Virus record (IMG/VR): IMGVR_UViG_3300042449_001328
Location: 25,690-89,689 of that record
Length of the DNA: 64,000 nt
From: a virus
Strand: one strand, 5' to 3'
Part shown: piece by piece, positions 38,113 to 47,794 of the stretch
Layout: every line of letters starts with the position of its first letter
Position numbering within the stretch: the first letter of the stretch is position 1
Notes under the pieces: model-generated
Database searches by the model: none
Told to the model about the DNA's origin: nothing
The model's input: only the letters and a program-made list of their open reading frames with translations
Position numbers and translations under genes: made by a program

Positions 38113-38562
38113 CTAAGTGATCTGCAATGGCTGCGAGAATCTAGCTACTTGACCGTGGGCAAACCAGTTAGCGTTGCATTCAGTGTTCTTTATGAATTTA
38201 CCATCCCTATCAACCAATTGTTTAGTCCAAGACAAATAGTGGAAAAGCTCGTGCGACAATATGTAGACAGACGCTTCCTCTACGCTATCGTACTTCCAAG
38301 ATACCTTCAAAGCCTTTCCGTTTATTTTGAACCAATGTTTGTCTAGCAAAGGGTATTTGTCGTGGTCGGCTTTTACATAGGCAGAAATCTTGTAAAGTTT
38401 GTCTTTTGTCTGTTCTGGAGGCCAACAAGTGCCGTGTGTGTTTTTGCCTTTCTTGGTATTTTGGAGTGTGATAGTTGAAACCTTGGACATATCGTAGTCT
38501 GAAGTCAAGTCCAGAAAGAATCTCTTCACTGGCGGCAACTTGATTCTGTCCCTGAATTTCAT
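38113..38562 (-). CDS. Zincin-like HExxH protein
   Basis: THGTCW...YILSHELFHY...E..ANWFA. Confidence 0.55.
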   Translation of the reverse strand: MKFRDRIKLPPVKRFFLDLTSDYDMSKVSTITLQNTKKGKNTHGTCWPPEQTKDKLYKISAYVKADHDKYPLLDKHWFKINGKALKVSWKYDSVEEASVYILSHELFHYLSWTKQLVDRDGKFIKNTECNANWFAHGQVARFSQPLQIT

Positions 38563-38571
38563 ACAGTAAAT

Positions 38572-39495
38572 TTACACAAAAAATTCTTCCCCGTTGAACA
38601 CTACTCTTACTTTTCTTCTTTCTATTGGGCTAACGTAAGGTTGACCTTTTGGTATTGTAAACCTAGTCCCGTTCCATCTTGTCCCTTCTTTGTATTCGGT
38701 TAATAGGCAGCGGCAATTCACGTGAAGGGCGGATATTGTCGCTTTCCATTCACTTGTTTTCTTGCCTATATTGTCACCGTTTTCTAGCAATTGCTTTGCA
38801 GTAAATATTCTAGGTTCGTTTCCGTCTTTTAAATACAACTCTTTACATTTGTCACAGGCGTCTTTTTGAACTACAAAGTATATCTGCCCCCCCTCTCCTC
38901 TTCTTTGAATTAAAGCCAGCCTACCTTCGTTTAAAGCTGTATGCGAGATGTACTGTACTGATTTACTGAAGTTCCTTGACCAATCGCCAGTAAGCTCTGC
39001 AAGGGTGTTTGAGATTTGTTTAACAGACTCTCTGTTTTGCAACCCTTCGCTTATCCTATCCTTTATGTATTGTTCTTGAGAAGCCCTCACACTCATCCCT
39101 TCTTTTCTGGCTACATTGTTTATGTCTTTAAATATGTTTTGCTGGTTAGACCTTATGTCTGTTACTGACTGGTTCTTGATGCTCTGTATTGAGGCCTTTT
39201 CCCTATCTGTCAATGGAATTGATTGGCCTGACAGGACATATTTTTTGAATTGATCGTATGTAATGTCTTTTGCTGATTGACCTATTGCTTGTGATAATAA
39301 GCCTAATTGAAAGTTGAGTTTGACTATATCGTCTGTTTGACTGTACAGGGATTTTACATCAATCCCTGCTTTTTTCAAAGCCTCTTGTTCACTAGGCTGT
39401 AGGAATTGACCCCCTGCTGTTCTCGATATGAATATCAAGGTCTGCAAGTTCAACTGATGTAGTATCTCGTTGATCTGTTGAGGTGATAGTGTCAT
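38572..39495 (-). CDS. Minor head morphogenesis protein (MuF/SPP1 gp7-like)
   Basis: DWSRNF, DACDKC, C-terminal LHVNCRC; downstream of portal. Confidence 0.75.
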   Translation of the reverse strand: MTLSPQQINEILHQLNLQTLIFISRTAGGQFLQPSEQEALKKAGIDVKSLYSQTDDIVKLNFQLGLLSQAIGQSAKDITYDQFKKYVLSGQSIPLTDREKASIQSIKNQSVTDIRSNQQNIFKDINNVARKEGMSVRASQEQYIKDRISEGLQNRESVKQISNTLAELTGDWSRNFSKSVQYISHTALNEGRLALIQRRGEGGQIYFVVQKDACDKCKELYLKDGNEPRIFTAKQLLENGDNIGKKTSEWKATISALHVNCRCLLTEYKEGTRWNGTRFTIPKGQPYVSPIERRKVRVVFNGEEFFV

Positions 39496-39584
39496 TTAAC
39501 AAATTCTTTGTTGCCTTTATTAGCCCTTGATAAATAGATTTGTCAAATAGGTCTTGGTAGTTTTGTTCAATCTGTTCTATTGCC

Positions 39585-39866
39585 TTATTGAGGGGTTTGT
39601 CCATCTTTCTTCTCGTTCTTGAATTTAATTATATGCTCCATCGTTACTATGCCTAAACACAACAATGAGAACAGTAACCAAACCGTTATAACTTCAACAA
39701 CTACTTTTGAATCCACAAATCGATGGGTGGAGTAGACAGCGGTCATGACCCCTACAAATGCTGTCAGTTTTCTTGATGAAAAACCTTTTTCATTTGTGAA
39801 AAAGCTGTTGTATATATCTTGTACTAAAAGTGAAATCAATTTAGCGATCGTCATATTTTTTGGCAA
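39585..39866 (-). CDS. Holin-like two-TM membrane protein
   Basis: FSSRKL followed by two hydrophobic helices, charged C-terminus. Confidence 0.55.
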   Translation of the reverse strand: MPKNMTIAKLISLLVQDIYNSFFTNEKGFSSRKLTAFVGVMTAVYSTHRFVDSKVVVEVITVWLLFSLLCLGIVTMEHIIKFKNEKKDGQTPQ

Positions 39867-40080
39867 TTTCTTTTAGCTCATCAAGTTCGTTTTTCAAGAA
39901 TTGATTTAATTGTGCTCTCAATTGGTCAATCGAACTTTGTAAGGTATCTATCTTATCGTAGGTCTTCAAAAGGCCATTTATCTTTATCGTATTTTGAACG
40001 ACAGTTAGGCTTATCCAGCCTACCCATCCAAGTGCAATGGTTACCAATATCCCCATTAAGACAGTTTCGTGTGATTCCAT
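39841..40080 (-). CDS. Membrane protein (TM plus coiled coil), possible holin/antiholin
   Basis: N-terminal TM VLMGILVTIALGWVGWISL. Confidence 0.5.
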   Translation of the reverse strand: MESHETVLMGILVTIALGWVGWISLTVVQNTIKINGLLKTYDKIDTLQSSIDQLRAQLNQFLKNELDELKEIAKKYDDR

Positions 40081-40195
40081 TTGTTATAACGTTTTTCCAA
40101 TTCTTTAATTTTCTTTTTTTGATGGTTGACTACAAAGGTTAACAAAAATAACAAAGTTAACAGCATCAACAATAGTAAACATGCGACAAATTCAT

Positions 40196-40564
40196 TCATT
40201 TTGACTTTAAAAACGCATAACCCATGAGTAATATTTGCAAAGTGTTCCATGAAATCGGAAATTTTCCTAAATAAACCCAAACTGAATTATACGTCAACAA
40301 ATAATCTATAAAATCAACAACCAAAATCAAAAGTATTATCTCTAACTCTTTTATGTGCTGACAGTGCCATCTGTAGATGAAATAAAATAAGCACATAAAA
40401 GACAAATGTTCAAACAGGTAATAAAAATATTCCTGTCTGGTGCATTCTGAATCAGAGAACGGAAACCAATCAACCAATCCATTCTTAATCGGTAAATACA
40501 GAAAGAATGTTTGTGAAAGTATAACCACAGAGAAAAACAATATCGTTTGACGCGCCTGATTCAT
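40196..40564 (-). CDS. Multi-pass membrane protein
   Basis: 122 aa, 3-4 hydrophobic segments. Confidence 0.55.
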   Translation of the reverse strand: MNQARQTILFFSVVILSQTFFLYLPIKNGLVDWFPFSDSECTRQEYFYYLFEHLSFMCLFYFIYRWHCQHIKELEIILLILVVDFIDYLLTYNSVWVYLGKFPISWNTLQILLMGYAFLKSK

Positions 40565-40767
40565 TTACATCCTCCAGGAGGGCATCCACCGCCTTGTGGT
40601 TTTCCGATTTGGATATTTGTGTAAACCCTTATACCCATCTCGTGCATCTCATACGTAAAATGCTTTAGCAATTTAAACAATTTGTCACTTGGTTCGTCTG
40701 GTGAACCTGACTGAAAGTTTAAAAATGTTACGCCTTTGTAGTAATCTTCTTCTTCGTGATGTGCCAT
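40561..40767 (-). CDS. Small protein ending GGGCPPGGCK (start revised to ATG 40767)
   Basis: MAHHEEED... begins just after portal stop. Confidence 0.5.
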   Translation of the reverse strand: MAHHEEEDYYKGVTFLNFQSGSPDEPSDKLFKLLKHFTYEMHEMGIRVYTNIQIGKPQGGGCPPGGCK

Positions 40768-40778
40768 AGTTTTTATTT

Positions 40779-42437
40779 TTAAATTGATATTTTTTCTACA
40801 CCAAACTCTTTGTCTATCCACCTGCTGAACTCTTTTGCAAATGGATTTGATTTGTTAAAAGTACTATCTTCTGCTTTTTGTGCTTCTTGTTCTAAAAAGG
40901 GGTTTTGATCCCCTTGTTGCTGCTGGTATTGTTGGTATTGCATTTGTTGTTGTTGCATTCGCATCTGGTCTTGCTGCATCATAAAAGTATTAAGGATAAT
41001 GTCCCCCTTTCCATCTGGCAGTGGTTCTAAGTCTCTTATAGCCCTGACCTCGTTTACGGTCATGTAGGTTGAAGCTGCCCTGACCAATCTCTCCTCTTCG
41101 TCTTTACTGTCTTCAGTGTCAATTCCAGCAAAAATAAATTCATATTGACCTTGGCTCTTAGGGCCTATGATCATTTTATTGATCCAAGTCTGGATTGATT
41201 TGAGCAATGGCCTTAGTCCCTTACTGATGCTATATTCTTTCTCTTCATTTCCTCCATTAGCCGAACCAAACGCACCATGACCTGTTCCTTGCAACGGGAA
41301 GCCTATCTCTTCAGGGCTTATCTTGTAAACCGCGCAACCTAATTTTATCAAGTATTCTTGGTACTTGGAGAACTCCATGTCCCTGTTTGACTTTTGTAGG
41401 TCAAGCCACTCTATTTTCTCTGCATCTAATACAGGTGTCTTGTGGAAATTATTGACACCTGTCATTGTAGCGTTCCAATCCCTTCTTAATTCTGCTATTT
41501 TATCTTTATTAACCCCACCAGCTGATTTAACTAGAAGGGCTCCTTTTGGAGCTGTACCGTTCTGGAAGAACTTGTTGTTGTAACTGTCGCTATTGAACAT
41601 AGCTGTAACAGTAGAGATCAATATCTCTAGTTCTGACTTTCCGTATCCGTTTGAATTTAATGCTGTTTGTGGATTCCTTACACCAAAGCAAAGTTCCCAA
41701 GGGTAATATTCTTGATATATGTTGTTTTGATATATCTGAACATAACTAGGATAAAAGCCGTCTTTCTTCTCTCCTTGTTTTAGATTGTTTTTGTTATCGT
41801 AACTGTCTGCAAGCCTTATTGTAGCACCATCCACAGCAACTATTTGGGTAGGCTGTTTTAGTTTATTGTTGACTACCTCAAAACACGCTTGGTCGAGCGT
41901 AAGCGAGTCATCTACCACTTTTCTGATAAGTGAATCAAAATCGTCCATGTCCCATACCTCTTCTTCTTCAGAACAGTTCAAAAGGAACTGGGTCAATCTA
42001 TCTATTTCTCTTTTATCTCTGTCGCTTACTTGCTGATCTTTTGAATTTTTTTTGCGTATAACGAACCCTTTGGAATACTTATCTACTTGAGGTGTACAGT
42101 ATTCTGTGACCTGATCTTTTCTGGTCGAAATGATTGCGTTGATAATAGGGTTCTTTGCCATTTGTCGCAATAGCTCAAATGACACTTGAGCGTTCTTTTG
42201 AAAGTAACCTTGAGAGGTGTTTGTTTCAAAAGGGTCAAAAGTCAGGGACTTGTGGCCTATTGCGTTGGCAATAGTTTGCTTAGGCTGAAAGTTACTGATG
42301 TACTGTTGGGCTTTATAGATCTCATCTATATCGCCTGACTGCAACGCTTTCTGTACTAAAAGGGATTTCTCAATAGAAAGTTTTTGCTCTCTTTCGTCTA
42401 ATTGAGATAGTTGTTGGTATACAGGTAGGTTGCTCAC
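40779..42437 (-). CDS. Portal protein
   Basis: LLRQMA.NPIINAIISTR, VDDSLTLDQ..FE, AVDGATIR, GVRNP...GYGKSELE, FFQNG.APKG, DMEF, ISPEEIGF, MTVNEVRA..LEPL. Confidence 0.92.
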   Translation of the reverse strand: MSNLPVYQQLSQLDEREQKLSIEKSLLVQKALQSGDIDEIYKAQQYISNFQPKQTIANAIGHKSLTFDPFETNTSQGYFQKNAQVSFELLRQMAKNPIINAIISTRKDQVTEYCTPQVDKYSKGFVIRKKNSKDQQVSDRDKREIDRLTQFLLNCSEEEEVWDMDDFDSLIRKVVDDSLTLDQACFEVVNNKLKQPTQIVAVDGATIRLADSYDNKNNLKQGEKKDGFYPSYVQIYQNNIYQEYYPWELCFGVRNPQTALNSNGYGKSELEILISTVTAMFNSDSYNNKFFQNGTAPKGALLVKSAGGVNKDKIAELRRDWNATMTGVNNFHKTPVLDAEKIEWLDLQKSNRDMEFSKYQEYLIKLGCAVYKISPEEIGFPLQGTGHGAFGSANGGNEEKEYSISKGLRPLLKSIQTWINKMIIGPKSQGQYEFIFAGIDTEDSKDEEERLVRAASTYMTVNEVRAIRDLEPLPDGKGDIILNTFMMQQDQMRMQQQQMQYQQYQQQQGDQNPFLEQEAQKAEDSTFNKSNPFAKEFSRWIDKEFGVEKISI

Positions 42438-42443
42438 TCACCT

Positions 42444-42782
42444 CTATGCTTTTTGTCTTACAAAGACGATTTTCTTCAAACCTCCAGCTTGTTCTACCAC
42501 TACCTGCGAAAGTCCATTGGTAGCTGATTCGATTTCGGTTTCTGCCTTAACCAAGTCATCTTCATTGGCTTTCTTTAGGTCGGCTTTAAATTTCTCGATA
42601 GCTTGAAAAGAGAAAGTTTCGTAAGAGCTAGATGGGTACTTGGTGTTAAATTCGTCTTGAGACAAACCTTTAATCAATGAAGCCTGATAGGCTTTATCTT
42701 CACTTTTGAATGATCCAAGCATTTTGGCTTGTTGTACTTCTCTGTGAGACTTTATGGTTTCGTTATTATGGAAATCGAACAT
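42444..42782 (-). CDS. Small putative prohead-core protein
   Basis: Late promoter 42801-42813; TIKS, LIKG, LKKA, LVKA sites; MLGSFK..LIKGL resembles polyprotein leader. Confidence 0.5.
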   Translation of the reverse strand: MFDFHNNETIKSHREVQQAKMLGSFKSEDKAYQASLIKGLSQDEFNTKYPSSSYETFSFQAIEKFKADLKKANEDDLVKAETEIESATNGLSQVVVEQAGGLKKIVFVRQKA

Positions 42783-42834
42783 AGTTTTGTAAGTTTAAAA
42801 TAAAAATACTAAAATTTAGTTATTGTTTTTAACC

Positions 42835-43362
42835 TTACTTTGAACTTACAGCTTGTGGGTTTGGCACAATCTTGGCCTCAATGATTTTGATTTTTAGTTC
42901 TAAATCTTTTATGTCCTGTTTGTGGGTATCAATGACCCTCTGAATGGCGGCTATTTTATCACGTGGGTCTAGGGTAATGTTGAACACCCACATGCCCCTT
43001 TCTTTGCTCAACGCTTCACCTTTATCAATAACACAATAATCGAACAACTCTAGGAGCTTTAGTTTTTGAAACAAAACCTCTGGTTTGTCCCCAGTCTTTT
43101 TAACTAACTTAGGCAAGGTAAACCACTTAGTACCCATCAATCCTTCAATTGAGACTGCTAAATCAAATGCTTTCTTTTTGTTTTCAGGGTCTTCCTTAAA
43201 TTTTTCTACTTCTAACCTGTTCTGTTCTTGGATTTCTTCCATTGATTGAAGTACTGGTACAGTGTTTGACTTTTGCGATTCTTCCCAATCTTTCTTAAAC
43301 TGTTCTTTCTCTACTTCAGTTAGATTATCAGTGACTGTGCCAATATTTGCTTCTTGTAACAT
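42835..43362 (-). CDS. Hypothetical protein (possible winged helix plus coiled coil)
   Basis: 175 aa; KWFTLPKLVKKT...LFQKLKLLELF. Confidence 0.5.
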   Translation of the reverse strand: MLQEANIGTVTDNLTEVEKEQFKKDWEESQKSNTVPVLQSMEEIQEQNRLEVEKFKEDPENKKKAFDLAVSIEGLMGTKWFTLPKLVKKTGDKPEVLFQKLKLLELFDYCVIDKGEALSKERGMWVFNITLDPRDKIAAIQRVIDTHKQDIKDLELKIKIIEAKIVPNPQAVSSK

Positions 43363-43369
43363 ATCTTTC

Positions 43370-43840
43370 TTATTTTATTTTTCCTAGTTTTCTCAATGCC
43401 CTTTCTATCTCTGGTAGATTTTTCTCGTAATGTATGGTGTCAAAAGTTTTTTTCCTTCTTTCTGGAAACTTGAAGTGTTTCATGGTGTCGTGATAATATT
43501 TCATGTGTTCCACACCTGCCTCGTACTGGGCTTGCAAAGAATAGATTTGTTCTGGCGATAAGTTTTCTGGCTCTATGGTCATATTTTAATCTAAAGAGAT
43601 TTTTGGTAAAGAAGTATCGATTGTATTAATCTTTGCTTTAATTGTAACATATTTATGTTTATGATTCATTTCTAAATTCTCTTCAAATTCGTTTTCAAGG
43701 CACTTTAAATAACCTGCTTTATAGGCTTCAATTATAGCCTGTTTAAAGTTATCTCCTTCGTATTCATCTTCCAGTAATGCCTCTATCCCGTAGGAATTCT
43801 TAATCAACCAATTCTCTGCCTGTAAATCTATACCTGTCAT
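43370..43840 (-). other. Two small hypothetical genes (43370-43582, 43586-43840)
   Basis: Tiled minus-strand ORFs. Confidence 0.55.
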
Positions 43841-44517
43841 ATTTTGAATTTTTTTCTTACCAATCCACTACCGTCTGAAGCTGCTTGTAGACCGCTACCT
43901 TGTGACCTCAACTTTGACATAAAATGTCTGAACAATGAAGCTGTGGCTATCACATCATTCAAAGCCCTGTGCGCATCCGCAATGTCGCCAGAATGCCTTC
44001 TGACGCTTTCTATTAAACTAAACTTTACTGTCTTCTCATCTTTGTGTCCGTCTGCTCCTTTGGTAAGGAACATGGTGTCTATGTGATGTGGGATAAATAC
44101 ACCATTGTCTTCATAACCGCTAACGTATTCCTTTAAAGGTATATTGGCTCTTTTAAATATATTTGTCAAAAATGGAATATCAAAAGTTATATTGTGTCCT
44201 ACTAAAATAGGTTTACATATCTTGCTTTGGTAGACATTGGTTTCTTGAAATACTAGGGTCAGGTCTTCCACTACCTGTCTTAAATTTTCTCCATCTTTTT
44301 CGCATACATCCTTTGTTAACCCGTGAACTTTTATTGCACCTTCTTCGTATAACAATGTTTTGTCGTATGGCTTAACTACATTGTCATATCTCAACACTTC
44401 TTCAAGTGTAACACCATTTATGCCTAAACAAGCAACCTCACATATTGGGTTTTTGACTGGAGATAAGCCTCCTGTCTCAAAGTCTAGTACTACGTATGAG
44501 TTTATTTTTTTGCTCAT
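43837..44517 (-). CDS. DEDDh 3'-5' exonuclease (DnaQ-like)
   Basis: VLDFETGGL, VHG, GHNITFDIPFL, IDT, AHRALNDV. Confidence 0.9.
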   Translation of the reverse strand: MSKKINSYVVLDFETGGLSPVKNPICEVACLGINGVTLEEVLRYDNVVKPYDKTLLYEEGAIKVHGLTKDVCEKDGENLRQVVEDLTLVFQETNVYQSKICKPILVGHNITFDIPFLTNIFKRANIPLKEYVSGYEDNGVFIPHHIDTMFLTKGADGHKDEKTVKFSLIESVRRHSGDIADAHRALNDVIATASLFRHFMSKLRSQGSGLQAASDGSGLVRKKFKI

Positions 44518-44858
44518 TTCTTGTTCTTATCGTAGTTTGCCTTTAACTGCATATATTCGGCAAATCCTATTGGCAATTTTTTCTTAAACTCTTTTAGGTT
44601 GTTGATCATGATTTCAATCTTATTTAGAAGATTTTCTAAATCGTCTGTATCCTCTAAACTGCAATTCATTGACACTACATCGTTACAGTCTCTTATCCTA
44701 AGCTCTGCGTTCCAATAAGGATAGTCACTTTCTTGTTCAACTGAAATGCATGTCAATATACTGGCATCACTATGGAATCCAGGTTTGTTTAAAAATTCTG
44801 CTTTGTGGTGTATTACTTTTTTCACTTCAACAATATTGTGTCTGCTAAACCATCCCAA
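44514..44858 (-). CDS. Hypothetical protein
   Basis: 114 aa, tiled in operon. Confidence 0.55.
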   Translation of the reverse strand: MGWFSRHNIVEVKKVIHHKAEFLNKPGFHSDASILTCISVEQESDYPYWNAELRIRDCNDVVSMNCSLEDTDDLENLLNKIEIMINNLKEFKKKLPIGFAEYMQLKANYDKNKK

Positions 44859-45337
44859 CTTAAATCATTTTTTTTCACAAATGTGAAAGGGGTTTTTTGA
44901 TTTGGCCTATATTCCCAGTGCCATCTTTCTGATGGAACTGTGCGAACAAAACCGTTTTTAAAACCATTCTCTACAAGCCAAGCGTATACCTTTGGCTGTC
45001 CAGTTACTTTAAAATCAAACGCGGAACCATCATGGTGATTGCTCCACCCAGGCTTGCCAACAAACGGACTGAAGTCAGAAGCTGGAGCGTTTGTTAAATA
45101 TTCTATATCATCAACTTTGGTTTTGTCTTTCACATTTCTTTTGCGTAAAGACATTTGATCATCCCAAGTCCTAAGACCTGCTGCAAGCACTAAGTTGATC
45201 CCATCTTTTGCTGCTTGTTCTTTTAAATTATTTATTATAGAAAACATTGATGTTACCACTTTCACGCCATCGATTAATTTTACCGTTGACTTGCCTATGA
45301 TTTCACCATTGTCGTAAAGCAAATATTCTATATCCAT
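44822..45337 (-). CDS. M15B/VanY-like peptidoglycan peptidase
   Basis: GLRT..Q, PGWSNHHDGSAFD (SxHxxGxAxD), ERWHWEY. Confidence 0.88.
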   Translation of the reverse strand: MDIEYLLYDNGEIIGKSTVKLIDGVKVVTSMFSIINNLKEQAAKDGINLVLAAGLRTWDDQMSLRKRNVKDKTKVDDIEYLTNAPASDFSPFVGKPGWSNHHDGSAFDFKVTGQPKVYAWLVENGFKNGFVRTVPSERWHWEYRPNQKTPFTFVKKNDLSWDGLADTILLK

Positions 45338-45552
45338 GCTGATTGATTTTGTAAAGCTAATGTGTAAGCTATGTATAGCAAGTTGAGATCTTTGCTTTCA
45401 TGCTCAGTACCTGTTCTTATTTTTGGATTGATAACTACTTTTTTTGTTTTGTAAATATACATTCTAACTACGTTGAGCATTTCGTCAAGAGAATGTGATT
45501 CATCCCCTAAGTTAACTAAATTGTGTGTACCGTAAGTAAAAGTGTAACTCAT
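45328..45552 (-). CDS. Hypothetical protein
   Basis: 74 aa; TAATTTTA box at 45564-45571. Confidence 0.55.
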   Translation of the reverse strand: MSYTFTYGTHNLVNLGDESHSLDEMLNVVRMYIYKTKKVVINPKIRTGTEHESKDLNLLYIAYTLALQNQSAWI

Positions 45553-45574
45553 TTACAAGAATGTAAAATTAACA

Positions 45575-46201
45575 TTAATCCTTTAAAGATTCTAACTTTA
45601 TCATTATTTTTTTTAATCCTTCTGGATCGTGTTTTTCTAAGTACAAAATGTTTTCTTCTAAGTCCAGCATCTTTATCAGTTCAACTGGGTTGCCTGTCTC
45701 CCACTTTAAATGACAGCTGGATGAGTCATCGAAACAGTGATAGCGGATATTGTCTTTGTCCCATATCAATTCAGTCTTGCCTAGCACTTTGCACCTAGCT
45801 TGTGGTATAATGTGTGAATGGCTCAAGGGGACATCCCACCTTCCACATCCTTGACAAAACTTAGCCCTATCTTGACCTATTTTATCGTAAGTCTCCGCTG
45901 TCTTTCTTTTTATTTCTACTTGACTGACCATCGAGCCGTCACTACACCTACATTTTGGTTTACTGGAGACTTTGGTTATTGAGTATTGCTTTTTGAGGTC
46001 AGGTAGTCCAGCTATTGTTTTTTGTTCTTTTATAACAACTTTGCCTTTTGCTCTTTCCATGTAGACTTGTTGTTTGGTCTTGCCCCCATTTTGCTGTTGG
46101 TATCTGTGGTCAGCGCAAAGTTTGTGGAACTTGTTTGCCACAGGTTGACCACAACCGTCTACCTTACAAGTTGTTGTACCTAGACCAAGCATGTACCACA
46201 A
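45575..46201 (-). CDS. HNH/NinG-like zinc-binding nuclease
   Basis: CQGCG...SHSHII...NIRYHC....CH; N-terminal CKVDGC..LC..H. Confidence 0.6.
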   Translation of the reverse strand: MWYMLGLGTTTCKVDGCGQPVANKFHKLCADHRYQQQNGGKTKQQVYMERAKGKVVIKEQKTIAGLPDLKKQYSITKVSSKPKCRCSDGSMVSQVEIKRKTAETYDKIGQDRAKFCQGCGRWDVPLSHSHIIPQARCKVLGKTELIWDKDNIRYHCFDDSSSCHLKWETGNPVELIKMLDLEENILYLEKHDPEGLKKIMIKLESLKD

Positions 46202-46364
46202 TGGTTAAACTCAATGCAGACAATATAGCTAGCATTGGCAATATTTCTCTCAAGGTCATGTTATCCAGATAATAACCCGCCACAAAGAATACTGCTATAA
46301 GGGACAAAAACCCTGCAAAGATTTTGACACCATTGTCTGCCCATAAGAATTTTAAGAAATCCAT
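46164..46364 (-). CDS. Small two-TM membrane protein
   Basis: Two hydrophobic helices in 66 aa. Confidence 0.5.
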   Translation of the reverse strand: MDFLKFLWADNGVKIFAGFLSLIAVFFVAGYYLDNMTLREILPMLAILSALSLTIVVHAWSRYNNL

Positions 46365-46378
46365 ACGTATTTTGTTTT

Positions 46379-46807
46379 TTAATTTAAACTTGATTTGGTT
46401 TTTTCTATTTGACGGTATTGATGAGGGGTCATATGGAAAGTCCTATAAAAATATTCTTCCATCTCGTTTATCTTGGAATTTATGCCCACCATTTCAACAA
46501 ATGTTTTATCTGGATCGTGATTTCGGCTCAACACGTCGTTGAGTATCTTGCTCACCTTTTTGTAGTCTTTTATGGTATTGATTGTATTTTGCTTAATGGC
46601 AAACAAAAACGTCTCATTGTCTTTTACTATTTTATCATTGATCTTTATTAAAGAATTTAAGTGGTTGATCTGTTGGTCTACCTGTTCTCTTTCTAATTGG
46701 TTTTGATAAGCCTGTTCTGCAAGTTGCAAACCTATTTGCTCTAATTGAGCTTTGTGCATTGCCACTTCGTTCTTGTTCCTGACTGTAAAGTTGATCTCTC
46801 TTTTCAT
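46379..46807 (-). CDS. Coiled-coil protein with AraC-signature-like C-terminus
   Basis: EMVGINS...YFYRTFHMTPHQYRQ. Confidence 0.45.
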   Translation of the reverse strand: MKREINFTVRNKNEVAMHKAQLEQIGLQLAEQAYQNQLEREQVDQQINHLNSLIKINDKIVKDNETFLFAIKQNTINTIKDYKKVSKILNDVLSRNHDPDKTFVEMVGINSKINEMEEYFYRTFHMTPHQYRQIEKTKSSLN

Positions 46808-47514
46808 CTTGACATCAAGTAGCTTCCAGTTAAAAATCCTACCCCGTACTTAAATAAGTTTGTTTGATACCATTTTTTAGGCGGAGGCTTTATCACTACG
46901 GACTTTACATCTGTCATCTTTGCGTTTGGGTCACTCAACCTTACATCAGCTATCAATTCTCTTTTGCCTAAGAACAAGAATTTTCTTCCAGATCTGTAGT
47001 TCAATAGTTCAAAATCTACTTTATAGTCATAATTTGTTGACAATGAATCTGTTAAGGGGTTATATATTTGATTTAACTTTAAGTAACCATTGTTGAACGA
47101 AAACTTCTTTGCATTTATTTTTCTTGAGGTATCACTGGACGTTGTTATGTAAATTGTAGTATCCTTGCCTTTAGATGTACCTTTGCCTGATGTTTCTATT
47201 GCACCTTTGTAATAAGCTATCAATACCCCTTGTGAACCTATTTTTTTCTTCAACTCTTTGTTGCTTATACCCAACAGCTCACCTTGTTCTTTTAATGATT
47301 TGTTATCTAGTTCTACTGAAAGTACTCTGTTTACCAATTCCCCATTCTTCCCTCTTAAATATTTAACACTGTCTTTTGATATAGATAAGTTGGATTTTAG
47401 CCCATTCATTTCAGCGTTATGGTCAGAACAGTTTTTGAACATAATCAGGCAAAGTATGATTATTGCCAAGTAAGGCAAGTACTTCAAAATGAACTGTTTT
47501 ACTGATTGAAACAT
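46804..47514 (-). CDS. Putative spanin-like membrane protein
   Basis: N-terminal hydrophobic helix with FKNC, coiled coil, beta region, C-terminal KWYQ..GVGFLTGSYL anchor; late promoter 47519-47531. Confidence 0.55.
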   Translation of the reverse strand: MFQSVKQFILKYLPYLAIIILCLIMFKNCSDHNAEMNGLKSNLSISKDSVKYLRGKNGELVNRVLSVELDNKSLKEQGELLGISNKELKKKIGSQGVLIAYYKGAIETSGKGTSKGKDTTIYITTSSDTSRKINAKKFSFNNGYLKLNQIYNPLTDSLSTNYDYKVDFELLNYRSGRKFLFLGKRELIADVRLSDPNAKMTDVKSVVIKPPPKKWYQTNLFKYGVGFLTGSYLMSR

Positions 47515-47551
47515 GATGTAAAAATACTAAATAACATTCTCATTTTGGAAA

Positions 47552-47791
47552 TCAACTTTCTCTCCCTTGTTGCATTATCTCAATATCCATTTTCCACTCG
47601 TTGGCTTCAGATTTGTCTTGGGTAACATCGTCTTCAATCCATTCAGTATCGCAGCCACGATACACATATTTTTCTTTTAACCAGTATCTTTCTAGCCAAA
47701 CCAAATCGCTGCCAATCTGCACTGGAAGTAGAGCAAATCTTCTGGACACCCTTGTGTCCATGTGTCTGGGTATAGGTGAATGCCATTTCAT
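47552..47791 (-). CDS. Hypothetical protein
   Basis: RRFALLPV...VWLERY motif, small phage protein. Confidence 0.55.
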   Translation of the reverse strand: MKWHSPIPRHMDTRVSRRFALLPVQIGSDLVWLERYWLKEKYVYRGCDTEWIEDDVTQDKSEANEWKMDIEIMQQGRES

Positions 47792-47794
47792 AAT

